Shown here: positions 38,328-49,042 of the stretch, one piece after another
How the letters are laid out: each line of letters opens with the position of its first letter
Numbering within the stretch: position 1 is the first letter of the stretch
DNA from: a virus
IMG/VR virus record: IMGVR_UViG_3300043571_000443
Span: 1-64,000 of that record
DNA: 64,000 nt
Strand: one strand, 5' to 3'
Program-made: the position numbers and the translations under genes
The notes under the pieces: model-generated
What the model saw: the letters and a program-made list of their open reading frames with translations, nothing else
Told to the model about the DNA's origin: nothing
Databases searched by the model: none

Positions 38328-40254
38328 ATACTGTGGCAAACACTTGGATGCCGGAGGCCTCGACCGGCACAGCATTAGCCACCACGATGGTGCCAGTGAT
38401 GGGCTCTGGGTCAGGGGTGGGGTTGCCCACTGTCGGGGCTGGCGTGGTGCCCACCAGGATGCCAGACACCGCCACCTTGCAAGTATCCACCGTATGCTCC
38501 CAGGTGACACTATCGGCCCGGTAGTGCAAGATCCGCCCGGATGGCTCCACCACATTGAAGGGAAACAAGGGCGGTGCGGTCAGCAGTGCATCGGTGACCG
38601 GCAACTCGACGATAGCGGCCCTGTGGCGGCCTGCAATCAGCTTTAGGTGTAGCTGCGCCATGGTTTCACACTGGGCCTGACTGAAGCCATAGGGAAGGGT
38701 ATAGAGCCGCTTTCTGGTGCGGCCGCTGCCACCGCCAGGCTGGGTATAGTTGATGGTGGCCTGGTATTCAACATCCTCAGTAGAAACACCGCCATCCCAT
38801 AGCTCAGCTCGGGGTGGCTGGTTTTCGCCAGATGCGCTGGTGCTACTTGTGGCGGTGGTGACTGCAGCCCCAGCACCTACCTCAGGGCTGGAGTTTTTGA
38901 ACTTTTTAGGATACTTTTCCACCCTGGCCTTTTTCCAGGTATTGTCACCAACCTTGGTCCAGGTGTCGATCTCGCGCTTTACTTCAGTCAGGCTAGTGTC
39001 AGGTTCAACAATGCCGCTTAAGCGGTTTTCTTCGCTTTGATCAACCCAGTACTGGGCCTGTTGCTCGACTCGCTCCACCCGGGTAACAATCTCGTCATCG
39101 GTGTAGCTGTAAGTCGTGGTGGTGCGTTGTACCAAGTCTGCGACAGTTTTATTGCTGCTGCCTGCAAAGTAAGTATAGCGATCTTGGCGAATCTCTTCAA
39201 TTTCCTCAGTCAACCGACCTTGTTTAGTCAGGTCAAAGCGGCGCTCAAGCGTCGTTACCTTCCAGTTGCGGGGAGTACAAGGCCCCATGCCGACCGTCTC
39301 TAGCGGATCTTTGGCCACACCGGAGGGTGGTGCATCCAGCCTAGTGGTAGTGACATGGTACAAAATATTTCCCGTAGTAGACCAGTCGATCACCGTGTTG
39401 GTGCGGCCCACAATGCCAGTACCGGGGCACGACACATTGCCGACCTGGAATGGCTCTCTGTCCCCCTGCACCGTCACCACATCAACAATCGGCTTGGCGA
39501 TGGGTGTACTAACGGTGCCAGTACCCGCCACCTTGATCTGGTCCGGTGGGCTACCTTCGGTCTTTACAGCCTGGTAGGCGACATCGTTAGTACCCAGGGT
39601 GATGGTTGCTGTCGGGCTGGCGATGGCTAGGCTTAGCTGGCCAGCCACCACTGTTCCTGCCGTGTTCTGGTACAGGAACCGATAGTCATTGCTGTAGGCG
39701 ATCTCGCCTGCCTGCTGGACAAAGCTACCGCTAGCGCCTTTGCCCTCTGGCACCGTCAGCGCATAGGGCCATGTGCCTAGGCTGATCTGGCCGGATGGCA
39801 TCTCATTAGCAACTAACAGGTTAGTGGCCGCTGTGGCTGAGTTGAGCGCTGTTCCTGTCGTCACCCCAGTTTTTTCGTCGTCGTACTCAAAGGTATTGTG
39901 CCAGGCTAGCCGACAGCCTAGCTCCAACACAATGCCCTCCCCCGGCGCTGGAAACTCTGGCTCCTCCAGCAAGAACAAGCGCCCCATCGGGTGGACGACA
40001 TAGGCCCCTGCACTATTGGCTACCTCTACCCTGACGGGCTGGCCGGGCCGCCAACGGGTTGGGTTGTCGCGGGGGTCGATGCTTTCTGGGTTGGTGCTAA
40101 CTTTGAGAATTTCCAGCGTTGCCGATACGGTGATCAGCCCCGACTCTGACAGGCTATCCCACTGGGGCAAGAACTCGCCCGCCGATGTACTCCAGTCCTG
40201 CTGGTCAGCGCCAATAAATACCCGTATGCGTCGGCTGCGGATCAATGCAGGCAT
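38326..40254 (-). CDS. tail tip/hub-like structural protein
   Basis: 642 aa, downstream of the tape measure region. Confidence 0.6.
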   Translation of the reverse strand: MPALIRSRRIRVFIGADQQDWSTSAGEFLPQWDSLSESGLITVSATLEILKVSTNPESIDPRDNPTRWRPGQPVRVEVANSAGAYVVHPMGRLFLLEEPEFPAPGEGIVLELGCRLAWHNTFEYDDEKTGVTTGTALNSATAATNLLVANEMPSGQISLGTWPYALTVPEGKGASGSFVQQAGEIAYSNDYRFLYQNTAGTVVAGQLSLAIASPTATITLGTNDVAYQAVKTEGSPPDQIKVAGTGTVSTPIAKPIVDVVTVQGDREPFQVGNVSCPGTGIVGRTNTVIDWSTTGNILYHVTTTRLDAPPSGVAKDPLETVGMGPCTPRNWKVTTLERRFDLTKQGRLTEEIEEIRQDRYTYFAGSSNKTVADLVQRTTTTYSYTDDEIVTRVERVEQQAQYWVDQSEENRLSGIVEPDTSLTEVKREIDTWTKVGDNTWKKARVEKYPKKFKNSSPEVGAGAAVTTATSSTSASGENQPPRAELWDGGVSTEDVEYQATINYTQPGGGSGRTRKRLYTLPYGFSQAQCETMAQLHLKLIAGRHRAAIVELPVTDALLTAPPLFPFNVVEPSGRILHYRADSVTWEHTVDTCKVAVSGILVGTTPAPTVGNPTPDPEPITGTIVVANAVPVEASGIQVFATV

Positions 40255-40321
40255 GGTTGTTGTCCCTAGGTCACAGCCTTAGGGTGCCCTGGGCATTCTG
40301 GAAGCAGCATTTTGAGGGACT

Positions 40322-41071
40322 ATGACATACTGCGAAAAGACAGCCGAAGAGATCCGTGAATCGATGAATAGCCGCTATGACACCAATACGGCCTATTCGC
40401 TGCAGCTATTGTGGGATATTGCCCGCATGGAAGACCTTAACCAAAAGACAATGACCTACCTGGGCGATGACCCAGGGCGGATCCTGGAAGTATGCTGCGG
40501 TCAGGGCGGCTCTGCGCCATACTTGGATCCATTGGCTGACTATACGGGCATCGACATTAGCGATGTGGCTATCGCGCTAGCCCAGCAAGCATTTCCTGAA
40601 TTTAGCTACCAACAGGGTGATGTATGCCAGCTTGACTTTGAAGATGGCACCTTTAACACCGTCATCGCCAAGGAAGCCATCGAGCACCTGTTAGAGCCTG
40701 ACAGGGCGCTCAAGGAATGGCATCGGGTGCTAGCCCCAGGCGGGCTGCTAGTGCTAACTACCCCTAACCGCGACTCGCTCCACCTGCGTATCAATCGCGC
40801 TCTGGGCCACGGCGACTTTCTATGCTCCTACGATCATGTCAAAGAGTTTACCTTCAGCGAGATGACCGCCATGATGGAGTCTGCCGGGTTCAGCATAGAA
40901 GCTAGCTGCGGCTCATTCCTGATGCCCTACTGGGGGATCCCACATGTCGATGGGCCAGTGCGCTACCTGACCGATCAGGATCCATCTGTCGTTGAAATAC
41001 TGCAAGACTTAGGCGATAAAGTTGGCGCTGACTATGGCTTTTGCATGGTCATCAAAGCTCGACGGCGGTAA
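40322..41071 (+). CDS. class I SAM-dependent methyltransferase
   Basis: ILEVCCGQG, GIDIS, GDVCQLDFEDGTF, EAIEH, RVLAPGG. Confidence 0.9.
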   Translation: MTYCEKTAEEIRESMNSRYDTNTAYSLQLLWDIARMEDLNQKTMTYLGDDPGRILEVCCGQGGSAPYLDPLADYTGIDISDVAIALAQQAFPEFSYQQGDVCQLDFEDGTFNTVIAKEAIEHLLEPDRALKEWHRVLAPGGLLVLTTPNRDSLHLRINRALGHGDFLCSYDHVKEFTFSEMTAMMESAGFSIEASCGSFLMPYWGIPHVDGPVRYLTDQDPSVVEILQDLGDKVGADYGFCMVIKARRR

Positions 41072-41567
41072 TCGTCGCCGCCCTGGCCCCGGCATCCTCC
41101 TCCGCCCACTGGCCAATATATTCACTCCAGGCATCCTCTAGCTGTAGCTGCACCGAAAACACGCCATAGCCTACCCGATAGCCTGGCCCCCAGGAGGGCG
41201 TTGTCTGGCTCAGCAAGGTGCGGTTGTTATAGGCTGGGTCTATGACTACTTGATCGACTTCATCAATCAGCCTGAGGGCATTCTGAGTGGACTTTTGGTA
41301 GATGGCCAGGGCCTCTAGGTGTTGGGCCTCGCTGGTGGTTAGCCAGGGCGTCAAGGTCCACAGGAATTTCGGTGCATAGGCAGGGCCGATGATCGGGGTG
41401 GTGCCCCAGTTGGTGGGCGTGCCCGTGGTGTCATAGCCGATAGCGGCCCGCTGGCTGAAGGATATACCTTCCTCGCCCCGGTACAAGGTTAGTACAGCCA
41501 GGCTGGCGGTGTTAAAGTTGGTGGTGCTATTGCCAGCAATGCCGATCCTGATTTCCCCTGCTGCCAT
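41052..41567 (-). CDS. putative distal tail protein
   Basis: TAATG-coupled after the tape measure gene. Confidence 0.55.
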   Translation of the reverse strand: MAAGEIRIGIAGNSTTNFNTASLAVLTLYRGEEGISFSQRAAIGYDTTGTPTNWGTTPIIGPAYAPKFLWTLTPWLTTSEAQHLEALAIYQKSTQNALRLIDEVDQVVIDPAYNNRTLLSQTTPSWGPGYRVGYGVFSVQLQLEDAWSEYIGQWAEEDAGARAATITAVEL

Positions 41568-44500
41568 TACAGTACCCTCCCCCGGGCCAGCGCCCTGACT
41601 TGCTTGATCTGTAGTTCAACTGCATCACTGAGCGGGTTCTGAGTATTCAGGGTAAAGCTAGTGGGGGCCACTACCCGCCGCCCCTGCCGCACCTCTTGCA
41701 ACAGCTCCGATAGCTTAGCCTCGACGCCTGCTATAGACTGGGGCTTGATGGCCATAACGGGCTGACGGGCCATGATGGCCGCTGTTTCGCCTGCAGTATG
41801 CACCCAGCCCCGTCGGGTGGGGGTGATCAGCTCAGGGCCTTCTTCGCCTACCAGGTAGGGCTGGCCAGCCGCAACCGGGCCACCGTCGCGCCGGGCACCA
41901 ATGATCGAACTTAGTGAAGACCCCGACAAAGCGCCTTGAATAGTTGCAGCGGCTTGCTGGCCTCCTCGAACAATGCCTTGCTCTATTTCATTGCCTGCCT
42001 GCTGGCCACCACTCAGAAACGTTTGATTAGCCTGATCGGCGTCAATCAGCTGCAAAATGTCACCTCGCCCTACAGCGCCAAGCAACTCCCTTGCAATCTG
42101 GCTATCAGTGTTCTGCGCGAAATTGATCAAGTCCTTAAGTTGGCCGCCCTGGCTAAGAATCGATTGGAGCTGATTTGCAGCCTGCTCAAATTCTTGGCCT
42201 ACACCTTTGAATAGGCCAGCCTGCTGAGCCTCCCTAAAACGATCCCTGATCAACTGCAATTGCTTCAGTGATTCCCTGTTCTCTTGCTGCTGACTGGTCA
42301 AGGCCTGGGCCAGCAAGCTTGCTCGCTTGCGGTCTAGCTCGACGATTGATTCTTTCAGGCTTTTCTGACTTTGCAGTCCCGCATTTTGATCGCCAATACT
42401 GTCAGTAGCCGCATTAGATTGTTCAGCAGACTGATCAGCGTTTTGTTTTGACGCCTCAGCTTGCTTTTGATCCTCCTCGCTGATCTTTTCTTGAACGTCT
42501 AGCTCTTCATTTTTTGCCTTAAATAGCTGATCGGTTGTCTTGCCAGCTTCCCTAGATGCCGCAGCCGCCTCTTTGCGCAGCCTGACAATTTCCTGTAGCT
42601 GACCGATCTCTTGCTGAGTAGCGCCATTAGCCTGGGCTTTGGACACAGCGATCTCAGCTTCAGTCACCGCAATGTCAGCCAGGACCGTAGCCCGCTGCAC
42701 CTCAGCCTGGGCCAACTGAAACTCAAGGTCTAACTGTTGACGCTTAAATTCAAACTCCTGGGCGATAGCTTGCCGGTTCAATGCGTCAATTTCTTGCTGA
42801 ATGGCCTTTGCTTCAGCTGATCTACCCTCAGCCTCAGCCTGGGCTAGCTTTGTCTGCAGCCGTTCCTGCTCAAGAGTCAACAGCGCCGATTCAACGCCCT
42901 GCTGCTGGGCAAGTAAGGATTGTTCAGTGGAAATGGCCTCCGACCTAAGCCGGATCCGTTCAGATTCGATATTGCTCGACGCCTGGGCCGCGTTAAGCTG
43001 TTCATCTAATGCCTTAATTGCCGCTTCCTTGGCTTGCTCTTCTGCCTGTTTTTTCGCCTGCAGCACCTGCTGGGCTAGGGCAACCCGGTCATTGGCTAGG
43101 GTTAGCTCAACCTGGCGGATCTGGTCAGCGGTCTTCTGCGCGTCTTCACCCTCAGCCGGGGTCAGCTCCTTTAGCTGAGCCAGGAAGTCTTTGTTAGCAT
43201 CAATGCGGTCTTTCAGTGCTTGCTGCTCCGCCTGGGCTAGCTTGGCCGGATCCCCGCCTGCCTCCAGGATGGTAGCCCGGGTGTTGGCAGCGGCTAGCTC
43301 CAGGTCGGATAGGGCCTGCTGGTTAGCAGCAGTAAGCCCTTCAAGGCTCTTTTTCTGTTCCTCAGCCGAATCAGCCAACGCATCACTTACAGCCTGAGCG
43401 ATCTCTTTCTGCTTGTTAGCAATCGCCAGCCGTGCATCAGCAGAATCACGCTCGATAGACTCAATTTCTAGCTGAGCCTGCTGGACTTCTTTGGGATCCA
43501 AGATACCAGCCTCAATAGCTGTCTTTAGCTTGTCGGCATATACCCGATTTTGAGCTACCCGCTTGTTTAGTGCGTCAGCTTCAACCTGCAAAATGCGCGT
43601 CTGGGGCTCGCCTGCCTCGACAAGCTTAGCCTGGGCGTTGAGAGAATCTGTCTCAATTTTTTGTAAAGCCTTAGCGTTCTGAGTCACTAGATCCTGGTAA
43701 CTGTCCACCAAGTCAAAACGTCGCTGAAACTCTAGCTTTTCTTGCTCTAATGCTTTGATAGACGCATTGATCTGGGTGGTAAATTGCTGGTACGCATCGG
43801 CCCCAAGCGTGGCCGGATCCAAGCCTTCCTGCTGGCGTTGTAGCCCTAGCAGGGTGGCATTAATAGCTTCAAGCTGGGTTTGGGCTTGCTTTTGCGAACT
43901 GACGTACTGACCAGTGGCGTTAACCCCTGTCGTACCAAATTGTTCTGTTGATCGAATCACCTCATCGGTGGCAGTAAGTATATTTTCTAATGCTATCTTT
44001 TGGTCATTAAGCTGCTTTTCAGCATTGGTAGTATCGGGCAGTAAGTTAAGAGCTGCGTTTGCACCTGGCACCAAAAGAAGTGCCTGCTGCATACCAGGAA
44101 CAGACTTTATAATCCCGTCAATTCGTTCCCTAATCTGCACCAACTTTTCAGTAATTTTGTCAAGAAAGTCAGTCGGCGGGGGCTCTGCAGGGAACAACTC
44201 CAGTAAACCCTGCCGAGTGGCTGCAGCTTGGCTGCTGGTTCCTTGCAGTTCAAGCTGGACTTCTGCCAAGCTCTTACGAATGTCGTCAGCACCTTCATTA
44301 AGCGCTGCGCCGCCATCCTTGAACCGGCTCAAGGCGACTGACACCGAAGCTATTGCTCCAGCCAGCAATGCGAACTGTGCGCCAGCGCCAGCGGCCCCGG
44401 CAAAGCCCTGGATCGCAGTCCTGGCGGCAGCACCTTGGGCGGCCAAGTTCTGGGCCAATAGCAGGCCGGACCTGGATCCCGTGGCCTGGGCGGTAGCCAG

Positions 44501-46396
44501 CGCTCTTGTAGCTGCAGTTGAAGCGATAACGCTTCTGGTCATGGCGACAAGGCCGCCAGTAATCTGGGTAAATGTGCTGACTAAGTTCTGAGCCCGCACA
44601 GCAATCATCTGCACTACTAATGCTTGGAAGGCTACCTCTACCAGCTTGGTATTGGACAGCAAAGGCTGGAGTGCTTGAACTGCGCTATTGATGACTCCGA
44701 CCAATGCGCTCAGGGTGGGGGCAAGACTGGTAAACAAAGATCCAGCTGCACCAGCAAACGATGCGCCAATCCTGCCGACAGTACCAGCGATCTGTAGCAA
44801 GGAGGCCACAAACCGGCCAGCCGCCTCAGCGGCGCTAACGAACCTAGCGGCTAACTCGCTGATGATTTGTGGGTTGGTCTGCAGTGCCGTGGTGATTCGG
44901 TTTATCTGATCAGCGATGCCTTGGCTAAGTATCTTGGCAATGTCCGTAAACGCCGCTGCCAGCTGGGTGACAAACTCTGGATTGCCGCGCAATGTTTCAG
45001 CAAAACGCTCTCCAGCGTCTGAAATAGCGGTAAAACTGTCGCCCGCCTTAATAATTTCGTTAATTACATCTGTTAAAAATCGAATACTGCCCTCAAGGCC
45101 TATCTCAAAAGCTTTACCCAGCTGATTTCTAAGCGTGTCAATAGATCCACCAATAGTTCTTAAGCTACCATCCAACCCCTCCAGCAAAAGCTTGCCGGTC
45201 TTAACTGCAGCGCCTTCCCCTTGCTGGCTTAATACGGCAACCTCTTCGGTAATTTGCTGGATCCGCTCGATAGATGTGTTGGCAATCGTTTGGAAGGCCC
45301 GACCTCCTTCGATACCAAACAAGGCCTTAAGCACCAGGTCTTGATCTCCCTGACTTAGTGTTTCTAGGCCTGCCTGAATCTCAGGAACAACCTGCAAAAG
45401 ATCCCTAACTTCGCCATTACTATCCCTGACGCTGGCCGCCAAAAGGTTATAAGCTTGGGTAGCTTTCTTGTTTCCCTTGACCAGATCGCCATATTCACTG
45501 TTTGCGCCAGCCGAAGCGGTCTTTAGCCTGTCTAGCGCTGCAGCAAGGTTAGTCCCCGCCTGACTACCCTGGATGCCAGCATCACCCAATGCGCCCAAAA
45601 GGACAGCCGTTGTCGACACAGACTGATTAGCGGCAGCAGCAGCTGGGGCTACATATTTGAACGACTCTCCGAGGCCTGATACCGATGTATTGGTGGCGTT
45701 TGCTGTTGCCACCAGGGTATTAGCGACCTCCAGGCTTTGACTAGCCTGCAACCCATAGGCCCGCAGCGTCTTGGCCACAATATCACCGACTGTCGCCAGT
45801 GATTCTCCTGTAGCCTCTGAGGCCCTGGCAATGCCTTCAAGAGCGTCAGCTGTTTCTGTTGCACTAAAGCCCGCCCTAGTTAATTCAACAGCGGTCTTAG
45901 CGATTTCGATAGGTGTCTTACTCGTGACGATCCCCAGCCGCTCGATCTCGTTACCCAGCGCCTCAAACTGAGGAGTGCCAATGCTCTGGCTAATCGCGCC
46001 AGCCTGCTGCAATGCGCCTTGGAATTCTACAAAGCTAGAGATGGATCCACCGATGACATTACCAACGCCTCTGACGGCGCTGTTGAAGGCTTGAAACCCA
46101 ATCTGGGTTAGCTGTTGCCCAAAGCCCTGCAATAGCCCCTGGAATACCGCATCCAGCTTCCTAGCCTCGCCTGCTGTTGATCGGGTCTGGCCTTCGAGTT
46201 GCCGTAGTTCGTTGATCAGCTGGTCTACCTCAGCCCCGCTCAAATTATAGGCTGCGCCAAGGGCCTTGGCTGTACTGGCCGCCTTTGCATTCTGGTCCTG
46301 CAGTCGCTTTACCTGATCATCCAGGTTCTTGATTTCTTTGGCCGACTGAGCGCCGCCCTGGACACCGATCTTCACCCCAAGTCGTAAATCAGCCAC
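41567..46396 (-). CDS. tape measure protein (TP901-like core)
   Basis: 1609 aa; LGESFKYVAP, GIQGSQAGT, long coiled coils, GGPV..G.PYLVGE.GPEL. Confidence 0.95.
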   Translation of the reverse strand: MADLRLGVKIGVQGGAQSAKEIKNLDDQVKRLQDQNAKAASTAKALGAAYNLSGAEVDQLINELRQLEGQTRSTAGEARKLDAVFQGLLQGFGQQLTQIGFQAFNSAVRGVGNVIGGSISSFVEFQGALQQAGAISQSIGTPQFEALGNEIERLGIVTSKTPIEIAKTAVELTRAGFSATETADALEGIARASEATGESLATVGDIVAKTLRAYGLQASQSLEVANTLVATANATNTSVSGLGESFKYVAPAAAAANQSVSTTAVLLGALGDAGIQGSQAGTNLAAALDRLKTASAGANSEYGDLVKGNKKATQAYNLLAASVRDSNGEVRDLLQVVPEIQAGLETLSQGDQDLVLKALFGIEGGRAFQTIANTSIERIQQITEEVAVLSQQGEGAAVKTGKLLLEGLDGSLRTIGGSIDTLRNQLGKAFEIGLEGSIRFLTDVINEIIKAGDSFTAISDAGERFAETLRGNPEFVTQLAAAFTDIAKILSQGIADQINRITTALQTNPQIISELAARFVSAAEAAGRFVASLLQIAGTVGRIGASFAGAAGSLFTSLAPTLSALVGVINSAVQALQPLLSNTKLVEVAFQALVVQMIAVRAQNLVSTFTQITGGLVAMTRSVIASTAATRALATAQATGSRSGLLLAQNLAAQGAAARTAIQGFAGAAGAGAQFALLAGAIASVSVALSRFKDGGAALNEGADDIRKSLAEVQLELQGTSSQAAATRQGLLELFPAEPPPTDFLDKITEKLVQIRERIDGIIKSVPGMQQALLLVPGANAALNLLPDTTNAEKQLNDQKIALENILTATDEVIRSTEQFGTTGVNATGQYVSSQKQAQTQLEAINATLLGLQRQQEGLDPATLGADAYQQFTTQINASIKALEQEKLEFQRRFDLVDSYQDLVTQNAKALQKIETDSLNAQAKLVEAGEPQTRILQVEADALNKRVAQNRVYADKLKTAIEAGILDPKEVQQAQLEIESIERDSADARLAIANKQKEIAQAVSDALADSAEEQKKSLEGLTAANQQALSDLELAAANTRATILEAGGDPAKLAQAEQQALKDRIDANKDFLAQLKELTPAEGEDAQKTADQIRQVELTLANDRVALAQQVLQAKKQAEEQAKEAAIKALDEQLNAAQASSNIESERIRLRSEAISTEQSLLAQQQGVESALLTLEQERLQTKLAQAEAEGRSAEAKAIQQEIDALNRQAIAQEFEFKRQQLDLEFQLAQAEVQRATVLADIAVTEAEIAVSKAQANGATQQEIGQLQEIVRLRKEAAAASREAGKTTDQLFKAKNEELDVQEKISEEDQKQAEASKQNADQSAEQSNAATDSIGDQNAGLQSQKSLKESIVELDRKRASLLAQALTSQQQENRESLKQLQLIRDRFREAQQAGLFKGVGQEFEQAANQLQSILSQGGQLKDLINFAQNTDSQIARELLGAVGRGDILQLIDADQANQTFLSGGQQAGNEIEQGIVRGGQQAAATIQGALSGSSLSSIIGARRDGGPVAAGQPYLVGEEGPELITPTRRGWVHTAGETAAIMARQPVMAIKPQSIAGVEAKLSELLQEVRQGRRVVAPTSFTLNTQNPLSDAVELQIKQVRALARGRVL

Positions 46397-46997
46397 GGTT
46401 CAGCCCCCTTGCCTCTGCCATTTCTCGTTTCTTCTGGGTCAAGATTGCCTTGTCCTTTTCGTCCTGGCTGGCCATCGCCCAGGCCCTGGACTGCATCGCG
46501 GCTAGCAGATCCCTGGCGGGGGTACTATTGGCTAGCTCCACCGCATCGGCCATGTTGCCATCACAGACTGCCGCTAAGGCCGCTAGCAGCTCCACCCGGC
46601 TACTGACCGGCTCACCACCTAGCAAGGGTGGATGCTTGGCTGGGTAGGGGCTATTGAGGGCCACCAGGGGGGCTGGCGTTTCGCCATCGGCCGGGAACAA
46701 TAGCCAGCGCATCAGCATGGGCGATACCCAGTCAGGGTCGATGCCATTCAATTCCAAGCATCGGTCACAGTGTCGCCTAAAGGCTGGATGCTCCAGGTAT
46801 AGTTCACTCAACGTTTTGTCATCCGGGGCGCTGGCTAGCAATTCCCGCACCAGATCCAGCCGCTCCCAAAATTCATGCCAGCCCTGGGCATTGCAACCCC
46901 AGACCAGTTGATACCGGCCATGACGGTCCCGAAACTCAAGCGCTCCAGTCGTCAATAGCCGGTAGTCAAACCCGTCATCGTCACTAACCCAGGGCAT
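46389..46997 (-). CDS. putative tail assembly chaperone
   Basis: Between the major tail and tape measure genes. Confidence 0.6.
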   Translation of the reverse strand: MPWVSDDDGFDYRLLTTGALEFRDRHGRYQLVWGCNAQGWHEFWERLDLVRELLASAPDDKTLSELYLEHPAFRRHCDRCLELNGIDPDWVSPMLMRWLLFPADGETPAPLVALNSPYPAKHPPLLGGEPVSSRVELLAALAAVCDGNMADAVELANSTPARDLLAAMQSRAWAMASQDEKDKAILTQKKREMAEARGLNRG

Positions 46998-47007
46998 AGC
47001 CGCTTAC

Positions 47008-47784
47008 CTAGACTGTTGCCGTATCCAGGTTGAAGATACGGAATGGCTTATCCCAGCCCGCTGGCGTGGACATACCACAGACCACCTCAACCGTTGGCAC
47101 CCCGTCATCAATGGTGATGGTCGGGTCTTCGGAGATCGACGCTTCGGGGATGTAGATCTTGGTGCCACTGCTAAGCGTTGGCATAAAGATAGTGCCCCAA
47201 AACTCGAACGTACCCCAGCTCTTAGCGCCCGTAGGACCGCCATAGTCCTGAGCATTGTAGGTGGAGCTGGCATAGGCCAGGTAGGCCACGCTAGCGCCCG
47301 CCTGGGCTGCATTGAACGTCAGCGTCGTACCCGACACTGCAACGGTACCGGCACCAGAGCCGCCCACCGTTAGCGCCTGGCCAGCTTGGCCCCACGCGCC
47401 AGACTTGGTAATGACCACCGATACATTGGTAGCACTGATGCCTGCATCGGTGATAGTGTAAGGCCCGGTCGCGGGGACGGTGCCATACTTCAGGGTGGGG
47501 ATGGTGACAGCGCTGGCAGAGCGGGGAAACTGGTTTAGGGCAAAGCCCAGGGTGCCCCAGTCCACTTCGTTGTAGGACAGCGTAAAGCTATAGCTGGTGG
47601 AGCCCTTCACCCGGCTAGCGGTAACCAGGGTGCCTTCGCTGTTAAACTTTTGCGATTCTTTGGACTCAGATTCAGCCGTCAACTCGAAACTTAGTAGCCC
47701 CAGCACCATCATTCGTTGATCGTTTGCGCTGGTGCCAGAGAATGCCGTGGTGCGGATCCACGGATCGCCAATACCTTTGAACAT
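47008..47784 (-). CDS. major tail tube protein
   Basis: Position and size; shares a UTR motif with the capsid gene. Confidence 0.7.
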   Translation of the reverse strand: MFKGIGDPWIRTTAFSGTSANDQRMMVLGLLSFELTAESESKESQKFNSEGTLVTASRVKGSTSYSFTLSYNEVDWGTLGFALNQFPRSASAVTIPTLKYGTVPATGPYTITDAGISATNVSVVITKSGAWGQAGQALTVGGSGAGTVAVSGTTLTFNAAQAGASVAYLAYASSTYNAQDYGGPTGAKSWGTFEFWGTIFMPTLSSGTKIYIPEASISEDPTITIDDGVPTVEVVCGMSTPAGWDKPFRIFNLDTATV

Positions 47785-47866
47785 GATTTTGCCTCTAAAG
47801 CTTTAGTGGGTTGCTGGCATCACGCCATCTTTAGGGGCATCACGCCCACTGGTTTAAGAGTGCCCA

Positions 47867-48289
47867 TCAGCCTGGCCGGTTCTGAACCACCATGGCAAAG
47901 CGTACATCCTGGCGGTAGTCTGGGTCATTGTCAGCCGGTGGGATAATTTCACTGCCGCCATACTGCAGGAATGTTCCCTGGCTAACCTGCCAGCCCGCTA
48001 GCCGTTGGTACAACAGATCGGCCACCTGGTCGCGTAGGCTAAGCTTACGCACCGATATACGACAGTTCAAGGTAATGGTTTGAGTAACGGCACCGGAGAC
48101 GCTGTTCCCTGCCCCCTGAACTGGGCTCCAGGCAATCCAGGCTAGCGTTACCGCATCATTGGCAACAAAGCCGCTCTCGCGCCTGCTATCGGGCAATCCT
48201 TGCACCGCTACGCCTAGGGCAGCGATGGGCGACAGCCGGGCCACCAGGACAGGGATCAGGGTCGTCGTTAGGCTGAATGGGGTGTTCAT
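47867..48289 (-). CDS. putative tail terminator/completion protein
   Basis: Position; ..RLAGW.. motif. Confidence 0.5.
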   Translation of the reverse strand: MNTPFSLTTTLIPVLVARLSPIAALGVAVQGLPDSRRESGFVANDAVTLAWIAWSPVQGAGNSVSGAVTQTITLNCRISVRKLSLRDQVADLLYQRLAGWQVSQGTFLQYGGSEIIPPADNDPDYRQDVRFAMVVQNRPG

Positions 48290-48801
48290 CAAGACTCCAG
48301 GTATTTTCCAAAGGCATCGACAAAGAATGGGATCGCCTTGTCTTGGAACCCATCAAAAATATTACGCTCCGGTAGGCCGGGGTGATTGACCTGCTTAGCA
48401 CTACGCCAGCCGTCCTGGGTATAAAACCGCAGCCGGGCTGCACTTTGGGGCCGGATGACATAGGGCTGGGTGCCTAGAATCACCCATGGCGCATACTCCA
48501 GGTTAGTGCCCACCTGCACCTCGGTAGCGCTGGTGCGGGCAAAGGCTAGGCTAGCCAGTAGGCCGCCATCGCGGCGCAGAATACCCCGGGCCTTCTTGCG
48601 GTATTGCTTTTCGGCTACGGTGGAGGGTGCCAAGGGCGCTAGGGGCTTGCCGCCAATGGTCTGGCCACGGATGATGGCTTCCTTGGATAGGCGCTCGATA
48701 TAGGCCCCCGTGGCATTCAGCACCGGGCCTAGGTCGGAGATCTTAGCCGCATACTGGGCTAGGCTGATTCCCGTGGCAGTGTATTCAACAGAGACAGCCA
48801 T
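48289..48801 (-). CDS. virion morphogenesis (tail completion) protein
   Basis: APLAPST, ILRRDGGL, VGTNLEYA, HPGLPER. Confidence 0.8.
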   Translation of the reverse strand: MAVSVEYTATGISLAQYAAKISDLGPVLNATGAYIERLSKEAIIRGQTIGGKPLAPLAPSTVAEKQYRKKARGILRRDGGLLASLAFARTSATEVQVGTNLEYAPWVILGTQPYVIRPQSAARLRFYTQDGWRSAKQVNHPGLPERNIFDGFQDKAIPFFVDAFGKYLES

Positions 48802-48841
48802 GACGGATCCAGAGCGCTGGATCTAGGGTGCCCTGGGGGTA

Positions 48842-49042
48842 TTACACTGAACGACTGCTACGGGCCTCAAAACGAATACCATTATCGCCGGGAAAAGGTT
48901 GGCGGTGATCGGCTACGCCTGTCAAAATTGCGCCAGGAATACCATTTGGGAACGCCTTACAGGACCATTTGCCAGGCTTGTTGCCAATCAAGTGCTTGCA
49001 TTGGTTGCATCCCGGGAAAGAGCTATAAGAATTCGTAGTCAT
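48842..49042 (-). CDS. small Cys-rich protein downstream of MuF
   Basis: CNQCKH..CKAFPNGIP..H..P.PGDNGIRFE; overlaps the MuF 3' end. Confidence 0.65.
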   Translation of the reverse strand: MTTNSYSSFPGCNQCKHLIGNKPGKWSCKAFPNGIPGAILTGVADHRQPFPGDNGIRFEARSSRSV

